Shown piece after piece: positions 21,026-34,356 of a stretch of 64,000 nucleotides of DNA. Each line of letters begins with the position of its first letter. The stretch's first letter is position 1. Made by a program: the position numbers and the translations under genes. The stretch lies in the NCBI RefSeq assembly GCF_988242995.1, contig NZ_OZ547043.1; one strand, given 5' to 3'. The notes beneath the pieces were generated by a model, which was not told where the DNA came from, did no database searches, and saw only the letters and a program-made list of their open reading frames with translations.

Positions 21026-21158
21026 TATTTGCCCCTGGGGTTAATGCGCTAAGCATAAGGGCGGATGATAGCACTCGTGATCCGGGTCATACATCTTTTT
21101 ATAGTTAATGGCGCGGTGCATTACCCTCAGGCAGGATAATGCGCCGCGAATCCGGCTA

Positions 21159-22544
21159 TTACGTTTCGCTCACCGGCGCTCTGTCACCATCATACAACGG
21201 CACTTTGCGATAGCGGCGGATCAGATACCACAAATATGCGCCGCCTAACGAAGCCCATACCAGACCGAGTGTCAGTGACGTTGACTCGAGGTTAACCCAC
21301 AGCACACCCACCGTCAGCGCGCCAACCAGCGGCATCAGCAAATAGTGGAAGTGATCCTTCCAGCTTTTATTCATTCCTTTACGCCGCCAGAAATGATTAA
21401 ACACCGACAGATTTACGAAGGTAAACGCCACCAGAGCACCGAAGTTAATCAATGCTGTCGCGGTGACTAAATCAAAGAACAGCGCTGACAACGCGACAAT
21501 CCCGACCATAATGACGTTCAGTGCCGGAGTCCGCCATTTCGGGTGCACATAGCCAAACACGCGCTCCGGAAACACATTGTCACGCCCCATCACATACAGC
21601 AGACGCGACACGCTGGCGTGCGACGCCAGGCCAGACGCTAACGTGTTCACAAACGTGGTACAGAGGAAAATCGACTGGAAGAGCTTGCCGCCGACGTATA
21701 GCGCAATTTCAGGCAGTGCGGCGTCCGGGTCTTTAAAGCGGCTGATATCGGGAAAGAACAGCTGCATAAAGAACGACGCAGCGATAAAGATAACGCCGCC
21801 GTATACCGCCGTCAGGAAGATGGCTTTCGGGATCACGCGTGCGGCGTCCGGCGTCTCTTCCGAAAGCGTGGTCACCGCATCGAAACCGAGGAAGGAGAAA
21901 CAGACAATCGTCGCCCCGGTAATAATCGGGATCAGGTGCGCGTTCTCGCTGATAAACGGCTGAAGTGACCAGACGGTGCCAACGCCTTCTCCTTTATGCA
22001 GTCCCTGAACCACCAGGAAGATAAACACCACCATGATGGAGATTTGCACCAGTACAAACAGGGTATTGAAGTTTGCGACCAGGTTGACGCTCTTCAGATT
22101 CGCGGCGGTTAAAATGGCGACGAAGGTTACCACCCACACCCACGGCGGCACTTCCGGGAAGAGGGCGGAGAGATAGATTTTCGCCAACAAGACGTTGATC
22201 ATCGGCAAAAAGAGATAATCCAGCAGCGATGACCAGCCGACCATAAATCCGACGTGCGGGTTAATCGACTTTTGCGCGTAGGTATAGGCCGAACCGGCTT
22301 CCGGAAACTGGCGAACCAGTTTGCCGTAGCTGATAGCGGTAAACAGCACGCCCGCCAGCGCCAGCAAATAGGACGCCGGAACGTGACCGTCGCTAATGCC
22401 GGAGACAATACCAAAGGTATCGAACACAGTCATCGGCGTGAGATAGGCCAGACCCATCATCACCACCTGCCACAATTTCAGTGATTTTCGCAGACGGGTT
22501 TTGCCGGGTTGCGCAGCAATATTCAGTGGTGAATTAATAGCCAT
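21159..22544 (-). CDS. puuP: Putrescine importer PuuP (APC family), 461 aa
   Basis: APC-family permease; start set at [12 protein letters not shown] (the ORF track has an 18-codon in-frame extension). Confidence 0.9.
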   Translation of the reverse strand: MAINSPLNIAAQPGKTRLRKSLKLWQVVMMGLAYLTPMTVFDTFGIVSGISDGHVPASYLLALAGVLFTAISYGKLVRQFPEAGSAYTYAQKSINPHVGFMVGWSSLLDYLFLPMINVLLAKIYLSALFPEVPPWVWVVTFVAILTAANLKSVNLVANFNTLFVLVQISIMVVFIFLVVQGLHKGEGVGTVWSLQPFISENAHLIPIITGATIVCFSFLGFDAVTTLSEETPDAARVIPKAIFLTAVYGGVIFIAASFFMQLFFPDISRFKDPDAALPEIALYVGGKLFQSIFLCTTFVNTLASGLASHASVSRLLYVMGRDNVFPERVFGYVHPKWRTPALNVIMVGIVALSALFFDLVTATALINFGALVAFTFVNLSVFNHFWRRKGMNKSWKDHFHYLLMPLVGALTVGVLWVNLESTSLTLGLVWASLGGAYLWYLIRRYRKVPLYDGDRAPVSET

Positions 22545-22846
22545 AATTGCTGCCTCCCCTGCGTAATAAGGTTTGCGGTCGTGTCGACCTGAAATCAAAC
22601 CTGTTTAGCAAGGGAAGCAAAGGGGGCGGAGTCCAGTCAGTCGCAGGAGGGGCGCATACGCAGCCTCCCTCGCCATGCGGGGATTTAATCATCGGCATCA
22701 TCTCATTTCCTCGTCACAGTCTTAATCGTTAACGGAAGCCCGTTGCCGCCTGCGCTCCATAACGCGACATCCGGAAAATGTCTGGATTACCAGCAAATGT
22801 CAGGCCTGGCTCCGCTCAGGCCGATGAAACAACCCCGCAAGGGGTA

Positions 22847-24265
22847 TTACGCGTTTTTCAACATCCACTCAATTTCTGTTTCTGTGATGAGGCGCTCAAA
22901 CTGCAACAGCTCATCATTTTTACAGGCGTGATAGACATGGCAGAAGCGTTCGCCTAAATAGCGGCGCAGGTGATCATTCTCGATAAACTCACCCAGGGCA
23001 TCGCTCTGGCGAATCGGGAAGGGTAAGCCTTCCTGTTCCAGCCCGTTACCTTCGACTTCTTCCTGTAATGGCAGTTCGTTATCAAGGCCATGCAAAATAC
23101 CGGCAAAAATCGCCGCCATCACCAGATACGGGTTGGCATCGGCACCCGCCACGCGATATTCCACGCGGTGATTATGGCGATCGCCGCAGGGAATACGCAG
23201 GGCGACGGTGCGGTTGTTATGGCCCCACGACGCCTGCGTCGGTACATACATCCCCGGCTGGAAGCGGCGATACGAGTTCACGTTTGGTGCCAGCAACGCC
23301 ATTGATGACGGCATCAGGTCAATCATCCCGGCGAGCATCTTTTTCAGCAGCGGCGAATCTTCGCCTTCCGCGTCAGAAAGCACGTTCTCGCCACGGTTAT
23401 TTTGCATACTGATATGGATATGCATCCCGCTGCCCGCGTGCTCTTCATACGGCTTCGCCATAAAAGTGGCGTGCATCTTATGCTTTTCTGCCATCAGACG
23501 CACCAGGCGTTTTAGTGCCAGCGCATCATCGCAAGCTTCCAGCACGTTATCGGTATGGTAAAGATTGATTTCAAACTGACCTGGCGAGGCCTCGGCGACC
23601 GCGCCATCTGCCGGAATCAGCTGTAACTGCGCCAGCTCATCAATATCATTGAGCACGTCGGCGAAGTGGTTGAGGTTATCAACGGAGTAAACCTGGCTTT
23701 GTGTATTGCGGTCATCGGTGCCGGGCGCGCAGGGCGGTTGCAGATATCCTTCAGCGTCGCGCTGGCGATCCAGTAAATAGAACTCCAGCTCTACCGCTAC
23801 GATCGGGAACAATCCGCGCTGGCGCAGCTGCTGCCACAGGCGGTTAAGAACGTTCCGCGGCTCAACGTCAAAGGGAGCGCCATCTTCATCGACCATGGTC
23901 AGGAGCATCTGACCGATAAACTCTGGATCGGCGGCAGAAGGGGTTAAGGAACCGAGAACAGGAACACAGGTACGATCCGGCTCGCCCATTTCCTGACCCA
24001 GGCCCGCTTCTTCTACTACGTTGCCCAGAATATCCATTGCAAACACCGAGGCCGGGAAATAACACCCTTTCTCGAGCTTCTTCAGGCTTGAAACAGGAAT
24101 ACGTTTTCCACGGAAGCAACCATTCAAATCGGTAAGTAAAACATCAACATATTGCGTATTCGGGTAGCGCTCCAGGTAGCGTTTCACTTCCTGCGTAAAG
24201 GCGCTACCCCGCCTCTCTTCTGACTGCTGAACAAAGTTCTCTACTTCAACGATATTGGTTTCCAT
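22847..24265 (-). CDS. puuA: Gamma-glutamylputrescine synthetase PuuA, 472 aa
   Basis: Glutamine-synthetase-like sequence; start METNIVEVENF; first gene of the puu cluster. Confidence 0.9.
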   Translation of the reverse strand: METNIVEVENFVQQSEERRGSAFTQEVKRYLERYPNTQYVDVLLTDLNGCFRGKRIPVSSLKKLEKGCYFPASVFAMDILGNVVEEAGLGQEMGEPDRTCVPVLGSLTPSAADPEFIGQMLLTMVDEDGAPFDVEPRNVLNRLWQQLRQRGLFPIVAVELEFYLLDRQRDAEGYLQPPCAPGTDDRNTQSQVYSVDNLNHFADVLNDIDELAQLQLIPADGAVAEASPGQFEINLYHTDNVLEACDDALALKRLVRLMAEKHKMHATFMAKPYEEHAGSGMHIHISMQNNRGENVLSDAEGEDSPLLKKMLAGMIDLMPSSMALLAPNVNSYRRFQPGMYVPTQASWGHNNRTVALRIPCGDRHNHRVEYRVAGADANPYLVMAAIFAGILHGLDNELPLQEEVEGNGLEQEGLPFPIRQSDALGEFIENDHLRRYLGERFCHVYHACKNDELLQFERLITETEIEWMLKNA

Positions 24266-24476
24266 GATTCTTCGCCTTTGGTTTGTTTTCCGCTCGTTAT
24301 CAAAGCGTAAAATATAATGACCACTATTCGAATCTGTATGCAAACTAAATGTTTGTCAAATGTTAAATTGAGTTTGCAAAAATGAAAACCCACTGCTAGA
24401 TTGAAAAAATATTGAACATAAAGGTCATTTAAAGCGCAGTAATGGCGATAATTTAGTCCACTTTGTGAGATTGAGC

Positions 24477-25241
24477 ATGGAAAATATAATGAACAATCCG
24501 GTTATCGGTGTCGTAATGTGCAGGAACAGGCTTAAGGGTCATGCGACCCAGACTCTGCAAGAAAAGTACCTGAATGCCATCATCCACGCAGGCGGCTTGC
24601 CAATTGCGCTGCCACATGCGCTGGCGGAACCGTCATTACTTGAACAACTTTTGCCGAAACTCGATGGTATTTATCTTCCTGGTAGTCCCAGCAATGTGCA
24701 GCCGCACCTATATGGTGAAAACGGCGATGAGCCTGACGCCGATCCCGGGCGTGATCTTCTGAGCATGGCGTTAATTAATGCCGCACTCGAAAGGCGCATC
24801 CCCATTTTCGCCATCTGCCGGGGTTTACAGGAACTGGTGGTGGCAACCGGTGGTTCGTTGCATCGCAAGCTGTGCGAACAGCCTGAATTGCTGGAACATC
24901 GGGAAGATCCCGAACTGCCGGTGGAGCAGCAATATGCGCCGTCGCATGAAGTTCAGGTTGAAGAGGGGGGATTACTGTCTGCGTTGTTACCTGAATGTAG
25001 CAACTTTTGGGTAAACTCTCTGCATGGACAAGGGGCGAAGGTCGTTAGCCCACGGTTGCGTGTTGAAGCTCGCTCGCCGGATGGCTTAGTTGAGGCGGTT
25101 AGCGTCATCAATCATCCTTTTGCGCTGGGCGTACAGTGGCACCCGGAATGGAACAGTAGCGAGTACGCGCTTTCGCGTATATTGTTCGAGGGCTTTATCA
25201 CCGCTTGTCAGCACCATATCGCTGAAAAACAGCGACTCTGA
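24477..25241 (+). CDS. puuD: Gamma-glutamyl-GABA hydrolase PuuD, 254 aa
   Basis: Class-I glutamine amidotransferase-like; start MENIMNNPVIGVV. Confidence 0.9.
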   Translation: MENIMNNPVIGVVMCRNRLKGHATQTLQEKYLNAIIHAGGLPIALPHALAEPSLLEQLLPKLDGIYLPGSPSNVQPHLYGENGDEPDADPGRDLLSMALINAALERRIPIFAICRGLQELVVATGGSLHRKLCEQPELLEHREDPELPVEQQYAPSHEVQVEEGGLLSALLPECSNFWVNSLHGQGAKVVSPRLRVEARSPDGLVEAVSVINHPFALGVQWHPEWNSSEYALSRILFEGFITACQHHIAEKQRL

Positions 25242-25267
25242 CCACTACAGTTTAAGGAAATGCAAAT

Positions 25268-25825
25268 ATGAGTGATGAGGGACTGGCGCCAGGAAAACGC
25301 TTGTCGGAAATCCGCCAGCAGCAGGGGCTTTCACAACGTCGTGCCGCCGAACTCTCCGGGCTGACTCACAGTGCTATCAGTACGATAGAACAAGATAAAG
25401 TCAGCCCTGCCATCAGTACGCTGCAAAAGCTGCTGAAGGTGTATGGTCTGTCACTCTCGGAATTCTTTTCCGAGCCGGAAAAACCTGATGAGCCGCAGGT
25501 CGTCATTAATCAGGACGACTTAATTGAGATGGGCAGTCAGGGTGTGTCAATGAAGCTGGTTCATAACGGTAATCCGAATCGCACGCTGGCGATGATCTTT
25601 GAAACTTACCAGCCGGGCACAACCACTGGGGAAAGAATTAAGCATCAGGGTGAGGAAATAGGCACTGTACTGGAAGGTGAAATTGTTCTGACGATTAATG
25701 GTCAGGATTACCACCTCGTCGCGGGGCAAAGTTATGCCATTAATACCGGCATCCCGCACAGTTTCAGTAATACGTCGGCAGGTATTTGCCGAATTATCAG
25801 CGCCCATACGCCCACCACGTTTTAA
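25268..25825 (+). CDS. puuR: HTH repressor PuuR, 185 aa
   Basis: XRE-type HTH plus cupin; puu cluster context. Confidence 0.9.
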   Translation: MSDEGLAPGKRLSEIRQQQGLSQRRAAELSGLTHSAISTIEQDKVSPAISTLQKLLKVYGLSLSEFFSEPEKPDEPQVVINQDDLIEMGSQGVSMKLVHNGNPNRTLAMIFETYQPGTTTGERIKHQGEEIGTVLEGEIVLTINGQDYHLVAGQSYAINTGIPHSFSNTSAGICRIISAHTPTTF

Positions 25826-25974
25826 TCTTTTTGTTCTGTAAGCCGGGTAAGCGCAATGCGCCCGGCAATCCATAAAGAATGTCGCCAGAAATAAACGGGC
25901 ATGCGGCCCGGGGATCTCTGCGCCCTGACGTTCACAAACTGCATATATCTGATAGACGTGAAACAGGAGTCATA

Positions 25975-27462
25975 ATGAATTTTCATCATCTGGCTTACTG
26001 GCAGGATAAAGCGTTAAGTCTCGCCATTGAAACCCGCTTATTTATTAACGGTGAATATACTGCTGCGGCGGAAAATGAAACTTTTGAAACCGTTGATCCG
26101 GTCACCCAGGCACCGCTGGCGAAAATTGCCCGCGGCAAGAGCGTCGATATCGACCGTGCGGTGAGCGCAGCACGCGGCGTATTTGAACGCGGCGACTGGT
26201 CACTCTCTTCTCCGGCTAAACGTAAAGCGGTGCTGAATAAACTCGCCGATTTAATGGAAGCCAACGCCGAAGAGCTGGCACTGCTGGAAACTCTCGACAC
26301 CGGCAAACCGATTCGTCACAGTCTGCGTGATGATATTCCCGGCGCGGCGCGCGCCATTCGCTGGTACGCCGAAGCGATCGACAAAGTGTATGGCGAAGTG
26401 GCGACCACCAGTAGCCATGAGCTGGCGATGATCGTGCGTGAACCGGTCGGCGTGATTGCCGCCATCGTGCCGTGGAACTTCCCGCTGCTGCTGACTTGCT
26501 GGAAACTCGGCCCGGCGCTGGCGGCGGGAAACAGCGTGATTCTAAAACCGTCTGAAAAATCACCGCTCAGTGCGATTCGTCTCGCCGGGCTGGCGAAAGA
26601 AGCAGGTCTGCCGGATGGCGTGTTGAACGTGGTGACGGGTTTTGGTCATGAAGCGGGGCAGGCGCTGTCGCGTCATAACGATATCGATGCCATCGCCTTT
26701 ACCGGTTCGACCCGTACCGGGAAACAGCTGCTGAAAGATGCAGGCGACAGCAACATGAAACGCGTCTGGCTGGAAGCGGGCGGCAAAAGCGCCAACATCG
26801 TTTTCGCCGACTGTCCGGATTTACAACAGGCAGCAAGCGCCACCGCAGCAGGCATCTTCTACAACCAGGGGCAGGTGTGTATCGCTGGAACGCGCCTGTT
26901 GCTGGAAGAGAGCATCGCCGATGAATTCTTAGACCTGTTAAAACAGCAGGCGCAAAACTGGCAGCCGGGCCATCCACTTGATCCCGCAACCACCATGGGC
27001 ACCTTAATCGACTGCGCCCACGCCGACTCGGTGCATAGCTTTATTCGGGAAGGCGAAAGCAAAGGGCAACTGCTGCTGGATGGCCGTAACGCCGAGCTGG
27101 CTGCCGCCATCGGCCCGACCATCTTTGTGGATGTAGACCCGAATGCGTCCTTAAGCCGCGAAGAGATTTTCGGCCCGGTGTTGGTGGTCACGCGTTTCAC
27201 ATCAGAAGATCAGGCGCTTCAGCTTGCTAACGACAGCCAGTACGGCCTCGGCGCGGCAGTATGGACGCGCGACCTCTCCCGCGCGCACCGCATGAGTCGC
27301 CGCCTAAAAGCCGGTTCCGTCTTTGTCAATAACTACAACGACGGCGATATGACCGTGCCGTTTGGCGGCTATAAGCAGAGCGGCAACGGTCGCGACAAAT
27401 CCCTGCACGCCCTTGAAAAATTCACCGAACTGAAAACTATCTGGATAAGCCTGGAGGCCTGA
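25975..27462 (+). CDS. puuC: Gamma-glutamyl-gamma-aminobutyraldehyde dehydrogenase PuuC, 495 aa
   Basis: Aldehyde dehydrogenase family; start MNFHHLAYWQDKAL. Confidence 0.9.
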   Translation: MNFHHLAYWQDKALSLAIETRLFINGEYTAAAENETFETVDPVTQAPLAKIARGKSVDIDRAVSAARGVFERGDWSLSSPAKRKAVLNKLADLMEANAEELALLETLDTGKPIRHSLRDDIPGAARAIRWYAEAIDKVYGEVATTSSHELAMIVREPVGVIAAIVPWNFPLLLTCWKLGPALAAGNSVILKPSEKSPLSAIRLAGLAKEAGLPDGVLNVVTGFGHEAGQALSRHNDIDAIAFTGSTRTGKQLLKDAGDSNMKRVWLEAGGKSANIVFADCPDLQQAASATAAGIFYNQGQVCIAGTRLLLEESIADEFLDLLKQQAQNWQPGHPLDPATTMGTLIDCAHADSVHSFIREGESKGQLLLDGRNAELAAAIGPTIFVDVDPNASLSREEIFGPVLVVTRFTSEDQALQLANDSQYGLGAAVWTRDLSRAHRMSRRLKAGSVFVNNYNDGDMTVPFGGYKQSGNGRDKSLHALEKFTELKTIWISLEA

Positions 27463-27463
27463 A

Positions 27464-28744
27464 ATGACCGAACATACCAGCAGTTACTACGCCGCCAGTG
27501 CGAATAAATACGCGCCATTCGACACGCTGAATGAGTCGATTTCCTGCGACGTTTGCGTGGTCGGTGGCGGCTATACCGGGCTGTCTTCCGCGCTGCATCT
27601 GGCGGAAGCGGGCTTTGACGTGGTGGTTCTTGAAGCCTCACGCATCGGCTTCGGCGCAAGCGGACGCAACGGCGGGCAGCTTGTGAACTCCTACAGCCGC
27701 GACATCGACGTCATTGAAAAAAGCTACGGCATGGACACCGCCCGTATGCTCGGCAGCATGATGTTCGAAGGCGGCGAGATCATCCGCGAACGTATCAAAC
27801 GTTATCAGATTGACTGCGACTACCGCCCCGGCGGCCTGTTTGTGGCGATGAATGATAAACAGCTCGCGACTCTGGAAGAGCAGAAAGAGAACTGGGAACG
27901 CTACGGCAATAAACAGCTGGAGCTGCTGGACGCCAACGCTATTCGCCGCGAGGTCGCCAGCGATCGCTACACTGGTGCGCTTCTGGATCACAGCGGTGGG
28001 CATATTCATCCGCTAAACCTCGCCATTGGCGAAGCGGACGCCATCCGCCTGAACGGAGGGCGCGTGTATGAGCTTTCTGCCGTGACGCAGATCCAGCACA
28101 CCACGCCAGCCGTGGTGCGGACTGCCAATGGTCAGGTGACGGCGAAGTATGTGATTGTCGCCGGGAATGCGTATCTGGGCGATAAAGTAGAGCCGGAACT
28201 AGCGAAACGCAGCATGCCGTGCGGCACGCAGGTGATCACCACCGAGCGGCTGTCGGAAGATTTAGCTCGTTCGCTGATCCCGAAAAACTACTGCGTGGAA
28301 GACTGTAACTATCTGCTTGATTACTATCGTCTTACCGCCGATAACCGCCTGCTGTACGGCGGCGGCGTGGTCTACGGCGCGCGCGACCCGGACGATGTTG
28401 AGCGCCTTGTGGTGCCGAAACTGCTGAAAACCTTCCCGCAACTGAAGGGCGTGAAAATTGATTACCGCTGGACGGGCAACTTCCTGCTGACCCTGTCACG
28501 CATGCCGCAGTTTGGTCGCCTCGATACCAACATCTACTACATGCAGGGCTACAGCGGCCACGGCGTCACCTGTACCCACCTCGCCGGGCGTTTGATTGCT
28601 GAACTGCTGCGCGGTGACGCCGAGCGTTTCGATGCCTTCGCCAATCTGCCGCATTACCCGTTCCCCGGCGGGCGCACGCTGCGCGTTCCGTTTACCGCGA
28701 TGGGCGCGGCTTATTACAGCCTGCGCGATCGTCTGGGCGTTTAA
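27464..28744 (+). CDS. puuB: Gamma-glutamylputrescine oxidase PuuB, 426 aa
   Basis: FAD-dependent oxidoreductase with GGGYTG dinucleotide motif. Confidence 0.9.
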   Translation: MTEHTSSYYAASANKYAPFDTLNESISCDVCVVGGGYTGLSSALHLAEAGFDVVVLEASRIGFGASGRNGGQLVNSYSRDIDVIEKSYGMDTARMLGSMMFEGGEIIRERIKRYQIDCDYRPGGLFVAMNDKQLATLEEQKENWERYGNKQLELLDANAIRREVASDRYTGALLDHSGGHIHPLNLAIGEADAIRLNGGRVYELSAVTQIQHTTPAVVRTANGQVTAKYVIVAGNAYLGDKVEPELAKRSMPCGTQVITTERLSEDLARSLIPKNYCVEDCNYLLDYYRLTADNRLLYGGGVVYGARDPDDVERLVVPKLLKTFPQLKGVKIDYRWTGNFLLTLSRMPQFGRLDTNIYYMQGYSGHGVTCTHLAGRLIAELLRGDAERFDAFANLPHYPFPGGRTLRVPFTAMGAAYYSLRDRLGV

Positions 28745-28781
28745 TTTCCGATTAACAGTGAAGAGTCAAAAGGTGTGAAAC

Positions 28782-30047
28782 ATGAGCAACAATGAATTCC
28801 ATCAGCGTCGTCTTTCTGCTACCCCACGCGGGGTTGGCGTGATGTGTAACTTCTTCGCCCAGTCGGCAGAAAACGCTACGCTGAAGGACGTAGAGGGCAA
28901 CGAATACATCGATTTCGCCGCAGGCATTGCGGTGCTGAATACCGGGCATCGCCACCCTGATCTGGTCGCGGCGGTGGAGCAGCAATTGCAACAGTTTACC
29001 CACACGGCGTATCAGATTGTGCCGTACGAAAGCTACGTCACGCTGGCGGAGAAAATTAACGCCCTTGCCCCGGTGAGCGGGCAGGCTAAAACTGCGTTCT
29101 TCACCACCGGTGCGGAAGCGGTTGAGAACGCGGTGAAAATCGCCCGCGCCCATACCGGACGCCCTGGCGTGATTGCGTTTAGCGGCGGCTTCCACGGTCG
29201 TACATATATGACCATGGCGCTGACCGGAAAGGTCGCGCCGTACAAAATCGGCTTCGGCCCGTTCCCCGGTTCGGTGTATCACGTACCTTATCCGTCAGAT
29301 TTACATGGCGTTTCAACGCAGGACTCCCTCGACGCCATCGAACGCTTGTTTAAATCGGACATTGAAGCGAAGCAGGTGGCGGCGATTATTTTCGAACCGG
29401 TGCAGGGCGAAGGCGGTTTCAACGTTGCACCAAAAGAGCTGGTTGCCGCCATTCGCCGCCTGTGCGACGAGCACGGCATTGTGATGATTGCCGATGAAGT
29501 GCAAAGCGGTTTTGCGCGTACCGGCAAACTGTTTGCCATGGATCACTATGCCGATAAGCCGGACTTAATGACGATGGCGAAAAGCCTCGCAGGCGGGATG
29601 CCGCTTTCGGGCGTGGTCGGTAACGCGAATATTATGGACGCGCCCGCGCCGGGCGGGTTGGGTGGTACTTACGCCGGGAACCCGCTGGCGGTGGCTGCCG
29701 CGCACGCTGTGCTCAACATTATCGACAAAGAATCACTCTGTGAACGCGCGAATCAACTGGGCCAGCGCCTGACAAACACGTTGATTGATGCCAAAGAAAG
29801 CGTTCCGGCCATCGCGGCGGTACGCGGTCTGGGGTCTATGATTGCGGCAGAGTTTAACGATCCGCAAACGGGCGAGCCGTCAGCGGCGATTGCACAGAAA
29901 ATCCAGCAACGCGCGCTGGCGCAGGGGCTGCTTCTGCTGACCTGTGGCGCATACGGCAACGTGATTCGTTTCCTGTATCCGCTGACCATCCCGGATGCGC
30001 AATTCGATGCGGCAATGAAAATTTTGCAGGATGCGCTGAACGATTAA
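28782..30047 (+). CDS. puuE: 4-aminobutyrate aminotransferase PuuE, 421 aa
   Basis: Class-III PLP aminotransferase; end of puu cluster. Confidence 0.9.
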   Translation: MSNNEFHQRRLSATPRGVGVMCNFFAQSAENATLKDVEGNEYIDFAAGIAVLNTGHRHPDLVAAVEQQLQQFTHTAYQIVPYESYVTLAEKINALAPVSGQAKTAFFTTGAEAVENAVKIARAHTGRPGVIAFSGGFHGRTYMTMALTGKVAPYKIGFGPFPGSVYHVPYPSDLHGVSTQDSLDAIERLFKSDIEAKQVAAIIFEPVQGEGGFNVAPKELVAAIRRLCDEHGIVMIADEVQSGFARTGKLFAMDHYADKPDLMTMAKSLAGGMPLSGVVGNANIMDAPAPGGLGGTYAGNPLAVAAAHAVLNIIDKESLCERANQLGQRLTNTLIDAKESVPAIAAVRGLGSMIAAEFNDPQTGEPSAAIAQKIQQRALAQGLLLLTCGAYGNVIRFLYPLTIPDAQFDAAMKILQDALND

Positions 30048-30655
30048 TAGCCCAACGCAATAATGTCTGATGCGCTGCGCTTATCAGGCCTGCAAACGAC
30101 GTATTGATTATGTATGCCGGACAAAGCATTCTGAACTGCACCCCAAATGTTGGACATAATCTGACATCTGAAGGTGCAGTTTATGAAACATTCATTTGAA
30201 GTAAAACTTGCCGCTGTAAATCATTACCTGGCTGGTCATGCAGGCATCATTTCTACGGCAAAACTCTTTCAACTTTCTCACACCAGCCTCTCACACTGGA
30301 TTAATCTTTTTCTTCTTCACGGTCCTCGGGCACTGGATTGCAGACACAAGCGTAGCTATTCTCCTGAAGATAAACTTTGCGTGGTTCTTTATGCTCTCGG
30401 GCATTCTGAGTCTCTACCCCGGGTAGCTGCCCGGTTTAACATTCCCAGCCACAACACGGTTAAAAACTGGATAAAAGGCTACCGCAAATCTGGTAATGAG
30501 GCCTTTATCAGGCGCAGGAAGGAGAAAAGCATGACCCGTTCTGATGATACCCATGAAAACGAGGCAAACATGACGCCGGAAGAGATGAAGAATGAGCTGC
30601 GTTATCTTCGCGCAGAAAATGCATATCTGAAAGCCATGCAGGAGCATCTCCTGGA

Positions 30656-31563
<908 letters not shown>

Positions 31564-31602
31564 ATTCACGCCGCATCCGGCAAGTTGTATTGCCCAACTT
31601 CG

Positions 31603-32580
31603 CTAAATCTGGTGCTTTTTCAACAACGCGCGGAACTGATGATAGGTTAACCCCAGTAATTTAGCCGCGCGCTTCTGGTTATATTTCCCTTGTTGCAAAC
31701 TGAGTTGCAGCAACTCTTTTTCCTGCTGCATCTGAAACTCACGTAAATCCAGCGGCAGTGTTGGAAGCGAGGTGGTTTCTGAAACGGCGATAGCGTCTTC
31801 AGGCGGACGCCGTTTAAAGGGATCAATAATAATGTCATCAAGCGGATAATCGCTGGTGCCATGGCGATATACTGAACGTTCCACCACGTTTTTCAATTCA
31901 CGAATATTTCCCGGCCAGCGATAATTCAGCAATGTTTCTCTGGCGCGCTCCGTAAACCCCGGGAACAGAGGCAGCTTGATTTCCCGACACATCTGAATGG
32001 CAAAGTGTTCTGCCATCAGCATAATGTCGCTTTCGCGCTCGCGCAGGGGCGGCAGTTGCACTACATCGAAAGCCAGCCGGTCGAGCAGGTCAGCGCGAAA
32101 AGTACCTTCATTGACCATCGCCGGGAGATCGGCATTCGTCGCGCATACCAACCGCACATTCACCTGCAATGGCTGGCTGCCGCCAACGCGCTCCAGTTCA
32201 CCGTACTCAATCACGCGCAATAATTTCTCCTGCACCATCATCGGTGCCGTAGCGAGTTCATCAAGAAATAGCGTACCGCCGTCGGCACGTTCAAATCTCC
32301 CTGGATGACGTTTTTGCGCACCGGTAAACGCGCCCGCTTCGTGACCAAACAGTTCGGAATCCAGCAGATTTTCATTTAACGCCGCGCAGTTAAGGGAAAT
32401 AAACGGCCCCTGCCAACGGGAGGAGAGATAATGCAGACGGCTGGCAATCAGCTCTTTACCTGTGCCGCGCTCGCCGATGATGAGCACCGGTTTGTCCAGC
32501 GGTGCGAGATGCGAAACCTGTTCCAGCACTTCGAGAAAGCTGTTTGCCTCACCAAGTAAATTATCTTTGTATTCTGCCAT
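31603..32580 (-). CDS. pspF: Sigma-54 enhancer-binding activator PspF, 325 aa
   Basis: AAA+ sigma-54 activator motifs (GERGTGKE, GAFTGA); start MAEYKDNLLGE; divergent from pspA. Confidence 0.9.
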   Translation of the reverse strand: MAEYKDNLLGEANSFLEVLEQVSHLAPLDKPVLIIGERGTGKELIASRLHYLSSRWQGPFISLNCAALNENLLDSELFGHEAGAFTGAQKRHPGRFERADGGTLFLDELATAPMMVQEKLLRVIEYGELERVGGSQPLQVNVRLVCATNADLPAMVNEGTFRADLLDRLAFDVVQLPPLRERESDIMLMAEHFAIQMCREIKLPLFPGFTERARETLLNYRWPGNIRELKNVVERSVYRHGTSDYPLDDIIIDPFKRRPPEDAIAVSETTSLPTLPLDLREFQMQQEKELLQLSLQQGKYNQKRAAKLLGLTYHQFRALLKKHQI

Positions 32581-32674
32581 GATGAAATTCGCCACTTGTT
32601 AGTGTAATTCGCTAACTCATCCTGGCATGTTGCTGTTGATTCTTCAATCAGATCTTTATAAATCAAAAAGATAA

Positions 32675-33415
<741 letters not shown>

Positions 33416-33468
33416 TAACATCCAGGCGGCGTCCGAACGCGCCGCCGCTCATCGTCTAAGGAGTCCTT

Positions 33469-33693
33469 ATGAGCGCGCTATTTCTGGCTATTCCGTTAAC
33501 CATTTTTGTGCTGTTTGTTTTACCGATCTGGTTATGGCTGCATTACAGCAATCGTTCTGGTCGCAGTGAATTGTCGCAAAGTGAGCAGCAGCGATTAGCG
33601 CAACTGGCTGATGAAGCAAAACGGATGCGCGAACGTATTCAGGCGCTGGAATCCATTCTTGATGCAGAACATCCGAACTGGAGGGATCGCTAA
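33469..33693 (+). CDS. pspB: Phage shock protein B, 74 aa
   Basis: Single-transmembrane small protein MSALFLAIPLTIFVLFVLPIWLWLHY. Confidence 0.9.
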   Translation: MSALFLAIPLTIFVLFVLPIWLWLHYSNRSGRSELSQSEQQRLAQLADEAKRMRERIQALESILDAEHPNWRDR

Positions 33694-34052
33694 TGGCGGG
33701 CATTAATCTCAATAAAAAATTATGGCGTATTCCACAGCAGGGTATGGTACGCGGCGTCTGCGCCGGGATTGCCAACTATTTTGATGTACCAGTAAAACTG
33801 GTGCGTATCCTGGTGGTGCTGTCGATTTTCTTCGGTCTGGCGCTGTTTACCCTGGTTGCTTACATCATTTTGTCATTTGCGCTTGATCCAATGCCGGACA
33901 ACATGGCCTTTGGTGAGCAGCTACCTTCCAGCAGCGAATTGCTGGATGAAGTCGACCGTGAACTGGCGGCAAGTGAAACGCGTTTACGCGAGATGGAACG
34001 TTATGTCACTTCCGATACTTTCACGTTACGTAGCCGTTTCCGTCAACTGTGA
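33693..34052 (+). CDS. pspC: Phage shock protein C, 119 aa
   Basis: Start overlaps the pspB stop; PspC family. Confidence 0.9.
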
Positions 34053-34060
34053 GGAAAGTT

Positions 34061-34282
34061 ATGAATACTCGCTGGCAACAGGCCGGGCAAAAGGTGAAGC
34101 CTGGTTTCAAATTAGCAGGCAAGCTGGTACTTCTTACCGCACTGCGCTATGGCCCGGCGGGTGTAGCTGGCTGGGCGATAAAATCAGTTGCTCGCCGACC
34201 ACTGAAAATGTTGCTGGCCGTGGCGCTGGAACCGCTGTTAAGTCGGGCTGCCAATAAACTGGCGCAGCGTTATAAAAGGTGA
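34061..34282 (+). CDS. pspD: Phage shock protein D, ~73 aa
   Basis: Start [20 protein letters not shown]; operon context. Confidence 0.85.
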
Positions 34283-34356
34283 GGGGAGTTTCGCAAAAAT
34301 TGTTAAAGCTAAGGCATATTATGGATGGCAATTTTCATCCATAGAAGGACGCTTAC

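Noticed and set aside
28752-29282. 176-aa minus-strand ORF
   Set aside because: Antisense to puuE; GC-rich shadow ORF with Arg/Ala-rich composition.
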